Assembly: GCA_044342325.1 (NCBI GenBank)
Contig: JBIIPZ010000002.1
Coordinates: 1-64,000, forward strand
Direction: 5' to 3'
Length of the DNA: 64,000 nt
Origin: Terrimicrobiaceae bacterium
GTDB taxonomy: Bacteria > Verrucomicrobiota > Verrucomicrobiia > Chthoniobacterales > Terrimicrobiaceae
Positions within the stretch are counted from its first letter, which is position 1, and each line of letters begins with the position of its first letter. Made by a program: the position numbers and the translations under genes. Of the stretch, positions 8,081 through 17,213 are shown one piece after another. The notes under the pieces were generated by a model that was given only the letters and a program-made list of their open reading frames with translations, was not told the origin of the DNA and did not search any database.

Positions 8081-10042
8081 TTAGAAGCCGTTGCGGACTT
8101 GGATGATTTGTTGATTTACGAATTGGAGTCTTTGTTCCAATGCGGTCTTTTTTCCGTTTTTGCTGCCATTTGCGGCTTTGATCCTCTGCAAGAGGCCTCT
8201 TTTCTTGGCCTTGAGGTTGGCCAGTTTTTTCTTGGCGGACTTGCTTAGCTTGCCATTGCCGTTGGTGACTTGTCCGTTCCCATTTCCATTGCCGTTAGTG
8301 ACTTGTCCGTTTCCGGATGGCGGTGTTGGAAAGCGGGTCAAATAGATGCCGGCCAGGCTTTCGCTGGAGACGGGTTCGAGCATGGTGGCCGTGAGGGCGA
8401 ACCATGATCCTCGGAAGGATTCGCGCTCCATGCCGAGGGCAGAGATCTTGGATCCCACGGGCGCGGTGGGGTCGAGCGATTGGCCGAGTGTGTTTGTGTC
8501 GAGCATGGCGTCGACCTGGTTGCCATTTCCGACATAAATGCCATCCACTGGATTGATGTAGGTCTTTTCGACAGGATCCAGCGTGCCGGTGCGGGATTTG
8601 AAGGCGACAAGATATTCGCCCTTCAAGCCTTGCGATACGGCTGTGAATGCGGAGGAGCGCCAGCGTGGCACTTCGCCGTCGCCCTCTTCTTCACTGCCTC
8701 CGACTCCCGGAGGTTTGCCCGAGAAGGTCCAGAAGAGAAAGTCGGAGAAGTTCTCTCCCGTGCGGGCGATGCGGGAAACAACGCCGTTCGTGGTATCTAC
8801 AACGAAGATGCCTTGATTCACAGGAACTTGGACGGGGAAGTTGTCCCCGACAAATTCGGCGCAATAGGCAAGGAGGTCGGCATTTCCATCCGCAGGACAA
8901 TCGAGCCAGAGGGTTTTGGTTTCATTGCCCCAGGCGCCCCAGAAGGAGACATAACGGCCATCGAAGGAAAGACCTTCGCCGAATTTATTAAATGTGGCGT
9001 CGGTTTCTCCAGGCACGGCGTCTCCGATGCCCACGAGTTTTTGCAATGTGGGGCCGGGTGTAAGAGGGGCGAGGTAGAGGCCGCCGTAGGTGGGTGTTTC
9101 CTCATTGTCGAAGCCGGCGAAGACGGCTTTGTTCCCGGCGGCACTTGGCGGCGCGGTGGAGCCGAATTTCACCCCGGTCACGCCCTCGGGCAGATTGGGA
9201 ATAACGGTGGATGTGTTGGCGATGAGTTGCGTCGAGATTTTGCCCTGCCCGCCGATGGGATCGCGGTAAAAGACGCCGGTCTTACCGACATTCGCCTCGG
9301 TGTAGTTGGCTTTGAAGACGATGACATCGCCATCCGCCACAGCTGGCGAGCCGGGGAAGACATCAAACTTCGTTCCTGCTACGGCACCGGGCACTTGCAT
9401 GTAAGGGAAGTAATTCACGCCATCCACTGGTCCGGCTGGAGGCGGAACTGAGCCGAGCAGGCCGACGCCCGAGATGAAGTTTCCTCCGGGATTCAGAAAA
9501 ATCCCAGTCGTGCCGGCTTTGGTATCCGCTCCGTCGAGTTGGTATGTCCAGACGGGTTGGGAATTCCCTCGCGTCGCGATCGTGCGTGTGGTGATCGAAA
9601 TGCGCGGTATGGATGGGAATTCATTGAATTTCGCCAGTGTGTCGTCCGGTGCGTAGAGCGTGTTGTTCGGCGCAGGAACGGTGGTGTTCCTATCGGCGAT
9701 TTTTTGAATTCCAGCGCCTGACTTCATATCCTTCTGGTAAATGCCGCTCATGACCTCGGGCCCCTTGCTGCGGGCGCGAAAGACGATAAGACCGGAGGCA
9801 TTGACCGACGGCTGATTGTAGCTGTTGAACGGCTTCGAGTCCGTGCCTGGAACGAAGTCGAGATTGTTCACGACTTTTTTCCAAGCGTAGGATTCGGGAA
9901 GCGGGCCCGGTGTCTCGGCCATGCCAGGCAGCTGCGGAAGCAGACAGGCCAAGGCAACGGCTCCTGTGAGTGAATACCGGCGCGTGCTCTGCCATGGTGG
10001 CAAATGAAGGCCGGTGTGGTTGGTTGATTTGGTTATTTGCAT
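8081..10042 (-). CDS. Secreted repeat (probable beta-propeller) protein with Pro/Gly-Asn linker and basic helical tail
   Basis: 653 aa. Hydrophobic signal region LTGAVALACLLPQLPGMA. Repeats like FNSYNQPSVNASGLIVFRA...GIY and FPGSPAVADGDVIVFKA...GVFY. Ends FPTPPSGNGQVTNGNGNGNGQVTNGNGKLSKSAKKKLANLKAKKRG... Confidence 0.75.
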   Translation of the reverse strand: MQITKSTNHTGLHLPPWQSTRRYSLTGAVALACLLPQLPGMAETPGPLPESYAWKKVVNNLDFVPGTDSKPFNSYNQPSVNASGLIVFRARSKGPEVMSGIYQKDMKSGAGIQKIADRNTTVPAPNNTLYAPDDTLAKFNEFPSIPRISITTRTIATRGNSQPVWTYQLDGADTKAGTTGIFLNPGGNFISGVGLLGSVPPPAGPVDGVNYFPYMQVPGAVAGTKFDVFPGSPAVADGDVIVFKANYTEANVGKTGVFYRDPIGGQGKISTQLIANTSTVIPNLPEGVTGVKFGSTAPPSAAGNKAVFAGFDNEETPTYGGLYLAPLTPGPTLQKLVGIGDAVPGETDATFNKFGEGLSFDGRYVSFWGAWGNETKTLWLDCPADGNADLLAYCAEFVGDNFPVQVPVNQGIFVVDTTNGVVSRIARTGENFSDFLFWTFSGKPPGVGGSEEEGDGEVPRWRSSAFTAVSQGLKGEYLVAFKSRTGTLDPVEKTYINPVDGIYVGNGNQVDAMLDTNTLGQSLDPTAPVGSKISALGMERESFRGSWFALTATMLEPVSSESLAGIYLTRFPTPPSGNGQVTNGNGNGNGQVTNGNGKLSKSAKKKLANLKAKKRGLLQRIKAANGSKNGKKTALEQRLQFVNQQIIQVRNGF

Positions 10043-10225
10043 AATGGTTTAATTTTACCACCGCCACATTTGCAGCCCCGAACGCGTCTCTCAATGGGGC
10101 AAACTCCTCAGCCAGCGGCACGAAGTATGCTCTGCAAGTCCCCGTGAAACCGCGCTTCGGCTGCCGCCCTGCTCCACCCAAAAAATTCTGTAATTCTGTC
10201 AATTTTGTCTAAAATGCCCCAGTCC

Positions 10226-12235
10226 ATGAAAAAAATCCTGCTCGCGCTGGCCTGTCTGATTTTTCCAGTCAGGATGGATGCTTGGACTCCGGGAACCTCG
10301 TCCCCGTCGGCTACGGCGGGCTTTGCAGTGGACCGTGCGAGCCGCCGCGATGTCCTCGCCTTCTACCAGACGATCTACAACGCCTCGGAAAACTACGCCG
10401 CCAACAGGCAGTGGACTGGCAATGTCACCACCGGCGTGCCTGGCACGACCAGCGCGGCTTTCAAAGCCGATGTCCTGCGTCGCATCAATTTCTATCGCGC
10501 TCTCTGCGGGTTGCCCGCCGATATCGCCTTGAATGATACCTTGAACGCGAAGTGCCAGGAGGCCGCGCTCATGTTTTCGGCAAACAAGGATATCGCACAT
10601 AATCCGCCGCCTTCGTGGACCTACTACACGGCAAATGCTGCCGAGGCCGCCGGGAAATCGAATATCGCCTACGGTTCCCATGGTCCCGGTGCGGTGGATG
10701 CCTACATGGAGGACTATGGATCGAACAACACAGCCGTCGGCCACCGCCGCTGGTTGCTCTATCCCATGGCGCAAACCATGGGCACTGGCGATGTGCCAGC
10801 CACAGGAGATAAGCCCGAGGCAAATGCCATTTGGGTCATTGGAAATTTCAAATCCTCAGCACCCAAAAAATTCACCGCTTGGCCGAATGCCGGATATGTC
10901 CCGAACGACCTCGTTCCCGAACGCTGGTCGCTTTCCTATCCCGGCGCGAATTTCAGCTCGGCGTCAGTTTCCATGAGCCTCAATGGCACCAGCGTCCCGC
11001 TCCAAGTCGTCTCTCGCACCATATCAAATATCGGAGACAACACCATCGTCTGGGAACCCTACGGCCTGGATTTGGATTCGCTCGGTGATCTCACCTGCAA
11101 TGTCACAGTCTCCGGCATCAGCGGCACCGGTGTTCCGACATCGCAGTCCTACTCCGTCACGCTTTTTCATCCCGGTGTGCTCGGTGAGTTGGTCATTATC
11201 AACGGTCCTCCCGCGGCCTCCCTTGCCGGTCAAGTTTACACCTTTCCATCCCTCGCGCAGGCGGATGCCTATGAACTCCGCGTCAGCAGCCCCAGCGATG
11301 CCCCATGGAGCGAAGGTGCCGAGTCAGATGCCGGCGTGATCGATGGCACCTCGGCCGCCTACGCCCTCCGCCAGAGCACCGTAAAACGCAGCGGCGCCTC
11401 CGCGTTTCACCTCACTATTCCCAGCTTTGCTGAGGATTTTCAGTCCTTTGAAATCGCCCGCGATATTGTGCCCTCCGAATCCAGCCAGGTCGTTTTTTAC
11501 CACCTCTTCCGCTATGTCACCACGGCCACACGCCTGAGCCTCGAGGTGAGTGATGACGCCGGCGCCACATGGACCGAACTCTGGAGCCGAAATGGCAATG
11601 GCTCCACCTCCAGCAGTGGTTGGGACCCTGCGTTTAATCCCAGCAGCACCAGCCTCGCCTCCTACGCAGGCCGCCCCGTGCGGCTCCGCTTCGTTTTCGA
11701 AACTCAAAACTCCAGCTTCATCGGCCCCGAAATAACGCGCGGCGTCTTCCTCGATGACATCTCCGTATCCAATGCCACCGAACTCGTCGAAACCGCCACC
11801 ACCACACTTTCCTCAAACGCCACCTCCTTCACCCTCAACGCCACCACCGCCGGTGCACCACTCGTGCAGGGTAAAACCTATACCCTCCGCCTCCGCCCCA
11901 ATGTCGGCACCCGCTGGTTCGGCGACGGCGAGCTGAAATCCGTCACCGCCGAGGACATCGAGCCCACACATGTGACGCCACCACCCCCAGCTCCAAAGCC
12001 AAGTCCCGATCCAGAGACTGAGATCGATGAGGACCCCGAGCCGGATCTCCCTGAGGACACTCCCCAAGCCGCCTCGCCCGCCAGCCCCACACAAGAAGCC
12101 CGCTCCGCAAAGTCTCAAGCGGCCAAAAAGCAAAACAAGTCTTCCGCTTCAGCTTCCAAAAAATCCAAAGCCCTGAAAAAATCATCCGGCAGCTCCGCCA
12201 AAAAATCCGGCGCTAAAAAACCAAAGAAGAAATGA
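10226..12235 (+). CDS. Secreted CAP (SCP) domain protein with beta-sandwich domains and Lys-rich tail
   Basis: Signal MKKILLALACLIFPVRMDA. CAP motifs LRRINFYRALCGL and VGHRRWLL. Pro-rich linker, then ...SSAKKSGAKKPKKK. Confidence 0.85.
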   Translation: MKKILLALACLIFPVRMDAWTPGTSSPSATAGFAVDRASRRDVLAFYQTIYNASENYAANRQWTGNVTTGVPGTTSAAFKADVLRRINFYRALCGLPADIALNDTLNAKCQEAALMFSANKDIAHNPPPSWTYYTANAAEAAGKSNIAYGSHGPGAVDAYMEDYGSNNTAVGHRRWLLYPMAQTMGTGDVPATGDKPEANAIWVIGNFKSSAPKKFTAWPNAGYVPNDLVPERWSLSYPGANFSSASVSMSLNGTSVPLQVVSRTISNIGDNTIVWEPYGLDLDSLGDLTCNVTVSGISGTGVPTSQSYSVTLFHPGVLGELVIINGPPAASLAGQVYTFPSLAQADAYELRVSSPSDAPWSEGAESDAGVIDGTSAAYALRQSTVKRSGASAFHLTIPSFAEDFQSFEIARDIVPSESSQVVFYHLFRYVTTATRLSLEVSDDAGATWTELWSRNGNGSTSSSGWDPAFNPSSTSLASYAGRPVRLRFVFETQNSSFIGPEITRGVFLDDISVSNATELVETATTTLSSNATSFTLNATTAGAPLVQGKTYTLRLRPNVGTRWFGDGELKSVTAEDIEPTHVTPPPPAPKPSPDPETEIDEDPEPDLPEDTPQAASPASPTQEARSAKSQAAKKQNKSSASASKKSKALKKSSGSSAKKSGAKKPKKK

Positions 12236-13875
12236 AGCCGTTTTTTTACACCATCCTCTGTTGGAGTCTCCTCTTAGGGGAGAGCCTCTTCGCGAATAGC
12301 GTGGTGCGTTTTTCGAGCAATGTCGGCGAGATCGATATGGAGTTGTTCGATACGGAGACGCCGCTCACGGTCGCCAACTTTTTGTCCTATGTGAACGCTG
12401 GCCGCTACAACCAATCGTTCATCCACCGCAGCGTGCCGGGATTTGTGATCCAAGGAGGCGGTTTTGGGCTGAATGGAAACTCGGTTCTTCCAGTCGTAAC
12501 CAATGCCGCAGTGCAGAACGAGCCGGGGATTTCGAATCTGCGCGGAACAGTGGCCATGGCCAAACTCGGCGGCTATCCCAACAGCGCCACCAGCCAGTGG
12601 TTCATCAATCTGGAGGATAACTCAGGCCCACCGGCCAACTTGGACGCGCAGAATGGCGGATTCACCGTCTTCGGCCGTGTGGTGGGGAATGGCGTCGCGG
12701 TTGCGGACCGCATCGCGGCATTTTCGACCTACAATGCCACGGCAGAGCTTGGGGGAGTTTTTAGTGACCTCCCTCTGCAGAGCCCTGCCCTAACCATAAA
12801 CAACCTCATCCTCTTCCCTGCTGTGCGCGCCCTGCCTACGGGGACTGTCGTGAGGGAATTCGACTTTTCGAGTGGAGATCAGGGGTTCACCTTTGGCTTT
12901 GCGGATTTGCCTGCTGATTACGACCCCGAATTTTACAACCTGGTGGCTGATCACCGGAACTTGCCTGCGGAGCTTGGAGTCGGAAAGGGGCTGTTCATTT
13001 CCGGGATAAATCACAGCGACGACCTGTGGATGTTCTGGAAGAAAAAACTCACAGGGCTCCAACCAAACACCGAGTATCAAGTGGTGCTGGATATCGAAAT
13101 GGCCTCGAATGTGGCGCCAGGTCTGGTGGGAGTTGGCGGCGCGCCGGGCGAGAGCGTGTATGTGAAAGCGGGTGCGTCGCAGGCGGAGCCATTGGTGGCG
13201 CCGGACTCCGAAGGTCAGCTACGCCTCACGGTGGACAAGGGGAATCAATCCACCAGCGGCTCTGCGGCAGCCGTTCTGGGAAATGTCGCCAAGGAAAACG
13301 ACGAATCTGAACAGTATGCGCTCCTTCACCGAAACAATCGAAGTGTTCAACAATCCGCCACCACTTCAGCGGACGGTTCGCTTTGGATATTCTTCGGAAC
13401 CGACTCCGGATTCGAGGGCGCAACATCGCTCTACTACACCCACGCGGCCGCAGTGCTCATGCCGAAGGCCAAGCCATCTCTCACTTGGAGCACTCCGGCA
13501 GCGATTGCCTACGGCACAGCACTTGGAGCGTCCCAATTGAATGCGACGGCAACTGTCGCGGGGAATTTTACATACACTCCATCGGCAGGCGCCGTCCTTC
13601 CGGTAGGCAACCACACGCTGAATGTGGTCTTCACGCCCACGGATACCGGAAACTACACGACAGCAAGCGCAAATGTGACGCTGAAAGTAAATGATGCGCC
13701 TGCTGTCTCTGCCCTGCCTCCCAGTGTTGGCGCCCCTCCGCCCAGCGGAGGCACCTCCCAGCCTGAAAGAACAAAAAAAGGCAAATCCTCAAAAAAATCT
13801 TCAGTTTCAAAATCTAAATCCACTACCGGAAGCCCAGCCAAAAAATCCGGCGCTAAAAAAGTGAAGAAGAAGTAG
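12232..13875 (+). CDS. Secreted cyclophilin-type peptidyl-prolyl isomerase fused to an uncharacterised domain, an MBG/Ig-like domain and a Lys-rich tail
   Basis: TPLTVANFLSYV, IHRSVPGFVIQGGGF, NLRGTVAMAK, SATSQWFINL, FTVFGRVV. ATGA overlap with the upstream gene. Ends ...PAKKSGAKKVKKK. Confidence 0.9.
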   Translation: MKPFFYTILCWSLLLGESLFANSVVRFSSNVGEIDMELFDTETPLTVANFLSYVNAGRYNQSFIHRSVPGFVIQGGGFGLNGNSVLPVVTNAAVQNEPGISNLRGTVAMAKLGGYPNSATSQWFINLEDNSGPPANLDAQNGGFTVFGRVVGNGVAVADRIAAFSTYNATAELGGVFSDLPLQSPALTINNLILFPAVRALPTGTVVREFDFSSGDQGFTFGFADLPADYDPEFYNLVADHRNLPAELGVGKGLFISGINHSDDLWMFWKKKLTGLQPNTEYQVVLDIEMASNVAPGLVGVGGAPGESVYVKAGASQAEPLVAPDSEGQLRLTVDKGNQSTSGSAAAVLGNVAKENDESEQYALLHRNNRSVQQSATTSADGSLWIFFGTDSGFEGATSLYYTHAAAVLMPKAKPSLTWSTPAAIAYGTALGASQLNATATVAGNFTYTPSAGAVLPVGNHTLNVVFTPTDTGNYTTASANVTLKVNDAPAVSALPPSVGAPPPSGGTSQPERTKKGKSSKKSSVSKSKSTTGSPAKKSGAKKVKKK

Positions 13876-13896
13876 GCAAGGCAGGATGCCTCCACC

Positions 13897-14249
13897 TGTA
13901 GCGGCGGTCTATGACCGCCGAACACTACTCGGCGCGCAGCGCCGCAAATACCCTCTCTGTGAGAGCCTGCGCGGGGCAAAACCGGCAGTCACAGACAGCC
14001 GCTACAGAAAAAATCCGCGCGGTAGCGCGCATCGACTCTTGGGAGGGTCAGCGTCCTCGCCTGACCCAAGTTTCCAAGCACGGCCGACCCTCATCAGCAA
14101 GGCAAGCCCAGATCATCTCTGGTGGCGGATGATTTCTCTGACCACTTATAGAAAACACTCCCCGCTGCGAAGCGCCGCAAGCCCCTTTGAGATGTGCTCT
14201 GCCAGCATCTGAGCTAAACACAACACGGCAGTCACAGACAGCCTCTACA
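13897..14249. repeat. REP cluster between convergent genes
   Basis: TGTAGCGGCGGTCTATGACCGCCG at 13897-13920, CGGCAGTCACAGACAGCCGCTACA at 13983-14006, and a degenerate copy at 14226-14249. Confidence 0.85.
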
Positions 14250-14291
14250 GGATGGCGTTCAACAAACGCCATCGGTTTTTTTGGCGGATTG

Positions 14292-15440
14292 TTACTGCTC
14301 TGCGAGGGCAGTTTGGGCGAAAATGAGCGCAGGGTGTTTGGGGTTTTGTTGAATCCAATACTCGAGGGCGGCGGGGGATTCTTCGGCGAGACGCTCGAAG
14401 GCGGCTTGGAGCGCGGTTTGTTGGAGGCTGGTATCGGGAAGTTTCGAGGCCCACTCGATAGCACCTGCGGTGTCATTGACGATCCATGCGGCGGAAACGG
14501 TTTCGAGGGCGGATTTTTTTAACACCGGATCTTGCAATCCGGCGGCCCATTGGGATGCAGCGGCCGGATCGACGAAGGCCCAGCTTTCCACGAGGGCGAT
14601 GGAGGCGTTTTCTTTCAACTCGGGATTTGTTTGGGAATCAACCCAAGAGCGGGCTTCGCGGGGATTCAGGCTGGCCCAGTTGGTGATGAGGATCACCGCT
14701 TGCTCGATTTTTTCTTCGGGTGTCAATGTGCGTGTGAACCATTTCTCGCACTCCACGGGGCGCCGTGTGGACCACTCCTCCACAAGCGAACTGATGGCTT
14801 TGTCTCGGTCATTTCCCGGAGGCAAGGCGGCAGCCCATTGCGCAAGAAATTCGGAGTGGTCATCAATGGCTCCGCTGACGAGCGAGTCGATGAGCGCACC
14901 GCGCAGGAGAGGTTCATTCTCGCTGGCGAGAAGTGCGGCAGCGGTTTCCGGAGAAGACGAGGCGGCGCCTTCGACCACAGAAGCCAGCGCGAGGCGGTAG
15001 TCCACGCCTTTCAGATGGCTCTTGGCAAATTGGGCCGCATCCTTTGGAGCATCTTGTGACCAGCCTTTGAAGATGATTTCCAAGCAGGCGTCCTTGTTCA
15101 ACCCCGGAGGCAGCGTTGCGGCCCACTCGGCAGCTTGCTTGGGCGAAATCTCAATGGCCTCCGCCAACAGTTCGACAGCCTCGCCACCTTGTGCTCCGCT
15201 GGCTTGGAGAGCAGAGAGGCTCTTCGTGATCGAAGCAAAATCCTTGGGCTTGTCGGAGGAGTCGTCATCCGAGTCGTCGGTATTTTTCTGGGATGTATTG
15301 GTGGGCTTTTGACCTCCTAGCTTCGACATGGACTTGTCTGAATCTGAATCATTGCATGCGGTCAGAAGCAATGAACAAGTCAGGAAGGCCAACAATGTTG
15401 AAGATCTGAAAAGCGCGAAGGGTGTTTTAGTAAAAATCAT
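14292..15440 (-). CDS. Putative lipoprotein with helical (HEAT-like) A..WA..LP repeats
   Basis: Lipobox LLLTAC after ATG 15440. Repeats PKQAAEWAATLPPG, LAQWAAALPPGNDRD, PAAASQWAAGL, AIEWASKLP. Confidence 0.75.
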   Translation of the reverse strand: MIFTKTPFALFRSSTLLAFLTCSLLLTACNDSDSDKSMSKLGGQKPTNTSQKNTDDSDDDSSDKPKDFASITKSLSALQASGAQGGEAVELLAEAIEISPKQAAEWAATLPPGLNKDACLEIIFKGWSQDAPKDAAQFAKSHLKGVDYRLALASVVEGAASSSPETAAALLASENEPLLRGALIDSLVSGAIDDHSEFLAQWAAALPPGNDRDKAISSLVEEWSTRRPVECEKWFTRTLTPEEKIEQAVILITNWASLNPREARSWVDSQTNPELKENASIALVESWAFVDPAAASQWAAGLQDPVLKKSALETVSAAWIVNDTAGAIEWASKLPDTSLQQTALQAAFERLAEESPAALEYWIQQNPKHPALIFAQTALAEQ

Positions 15441-15621
15441 AGATACGAGGCGATTCGAGGCGCTTATAACAGCGAAACCGCAACCAAGCTGGAAGCAAAA
15501 AGAGGATTCCCGAGCAGGCAATAAACGGTCACTGTAAACGGGTGTTTACCTCGATTTCAAACAAGGTGTTTTTTTAATGCTGCGGGGCAATTTGTTCGTT
15601 CATCACAAAAATTCGTAAACC

Positions 15622-16539
15622 ATGCCTCGGCTCAGCATCATCATCCCCGTTTTCAACCGCGCCCATTGCATTTCGCGGGCATTGGCGAGCGTTAGGGAAC
15701 AAGGGTTGGGGCATTTTGAATTGGTGCTCGGGGATGATGCTTCGAGCGATGGAACTTGGGAGGTTGTTCAGCGGGAGTTTCCTCAGGCAATGTTGGCGCG
15801 GTTGGCGGTGAACTCTGGCGCGGCGGCAGCTCGGAATGCGGCTCTGCGGGAGGCAACGGGCGAATTCATTGCATTTCTGGATTCGGATGACGAGTGGTTG
15901 CCGGGAAAGTTGGCTGCGCAGTTCGACTATCTGGAAAATCATCCCGAGGTGGCGGCCTGTGCGACCTCGCATTTTTATGAATTGCGGGATGGCGGGCGTC
16001 GCGAGGTGATTGTGGAAAATCCGCCGGATTGGAGCGTGCGGTTGCAATCTGGGCAGCCATTTCATGGGGCCAGCACGCCGTTGGTAAGACGGAGTGTGTT
16101 GGAGTCCGTAGGCCTGCAGGACGAGTCCCTGCGCGTGCTGGAGGATTGGGACTGGATGCTCCGCATTGCGCAAAGGCACCGCATTCATGTGCTGCCTGAA
16201 CCGCTCGCGCTGATTCATGAAAACTCTCCGTCGAATGCGGATTTCACCCTTCTTTCCACGGAGAGGTTTTTGGCCAAGCACGACAAGGCCTTCTCATCCG
16301 TAGGGGCAGCGCACAGGCGGAATGTCATTTCCCAACATTGGGAAAATGCGGCACGGTGTTTTTTTCGGCATTCGAGGAATCGTGAGGGGTTGGCTTGCGT
16401 GGTGAGATCTTTGGCTTTTGCTCCTACCAGAAATCCTGCGTTGGTGGCGGTATTGCCATTTGCCTGCATCGACGGGTTGATCGGGTCGCAGCTTTTGCGG
16501 CGAATCTTGAGAGCACGCGGCGGGTATTCGATTTTATGA
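15622..16539 (+). CDS. Glycosyltransferase family 2
   Basis: SIIIPVFNR, DDASSDGT, GAAAARN, FIAFLDSDDEWLPGKL, EDWD. Confidence 0.93.
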   Translation: MPRLSIIIPVFNRAHCISRALASVREQGLGHFELVLGDDASSDGTWEVVQREFPQAMLARLAVNSGAAAARNAALREATGEFIAFLDSDDEWLPGKLAAQFDYLENHPEVAACATSHFYELRDGGRREVIVENPPDWSVRLQSGQPFHGASTPLVRRSVLESVGLQDESLRVLEDWDWMLRIAQRHRIHVLPEPLALIHENSPSNADFTLLSTERFLAKHDKAFSSVGAAHRRNVISQHWENAARCFFRHSRNREGLACVVRSLAFAPTRNPALVAVLPFACIDGLIGSQLLRRILRARGGYSIL

Positions 16540-16582
16540 AAATCGTATAGCTACCGTGCAAAGGATGTGGGAATTTTCCGCC

Positions 16583-16918
16583 ATGCCTTATGATCCGAGA
16601 CCGGCCCAGGCCGCGAGGTTGAAGATGTTTCACTTGATAGCGGATAAGATCGAGCGGGATTCGGCGTGTTTGCAAACGGGCTTGGACAATATCGCACGCT
16701 GGATCGCGAACGGGTCCAGGCAGCCGGGCAAGCTGCGCGAGTGGGAGCGGATGATCTTGGCGGCGCGGGAGTCGGAGGAGGTGCTGGAGGTGCTGTTGAA
16801 GGCGCTGCGCGAGGACAGCGAGCGGGCGGAATTTTTCAGGAACTTCGCGCCCTTTACGGGGGTGCTGGATACAAAAAAGCGAAGGACTGTTAGTGAAATT
16901 AGCCCTTTCGCCCATTGA
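16583..16918 (+). CDS. Small helical protein, orphan antitoxin-like
   Basis: Pattern NIARW...EWERMI...LREDSERAEFFRNFAPFTGVL resembles small proteins usually paired with nucleotidyltransferases (recollection). Confidence 0.5.
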   Translation: MPYDPRPAQAARLKMFHLIADKIERDSACLQTGLDNIARWIANGSRQPGKLREWERMILAARESEEVLEVLLKALREDSERAEFFRNFAPFTGVLDTKKRRTVSEISPFAH

Positions 16919-17213
16919 TGCCCACGGATGCTGTTTTTTGGACTTTGCCAATGTTTACACTGTTAAATCGAGGGGCGGCTTTTTTTTCGCAAGGAATAGG
17001 AGGGGCAGGCCTGTCAGGACCGGTGCGATTTTTGCAAGCTCGCCAATGCAGCTCAGACAAGCAGAGCCTTCCTCCCAAGGCGTGCTGCGTGGATTTTTTT
17101 GAAATCGAGGTTATTGCTTTGGCCGAACGCTGGAGTTCCATGCCGCTGGGTGAACGGGAAATTTTCCGGAGCGGGCGGAACTCGGAGATGCTCGTGGAGG
17201 GGGCGGGGAGTCG

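Noticed and set aside
14038..14095. Possible further REP type (GGGAGGGTCAGCGTCCTCGCCTGACCC...CCGACCCTC)
   Set aside because: Hairpin-like, but a single degenerate occurrence in the window, so it cannot be confirmed as a repeat.
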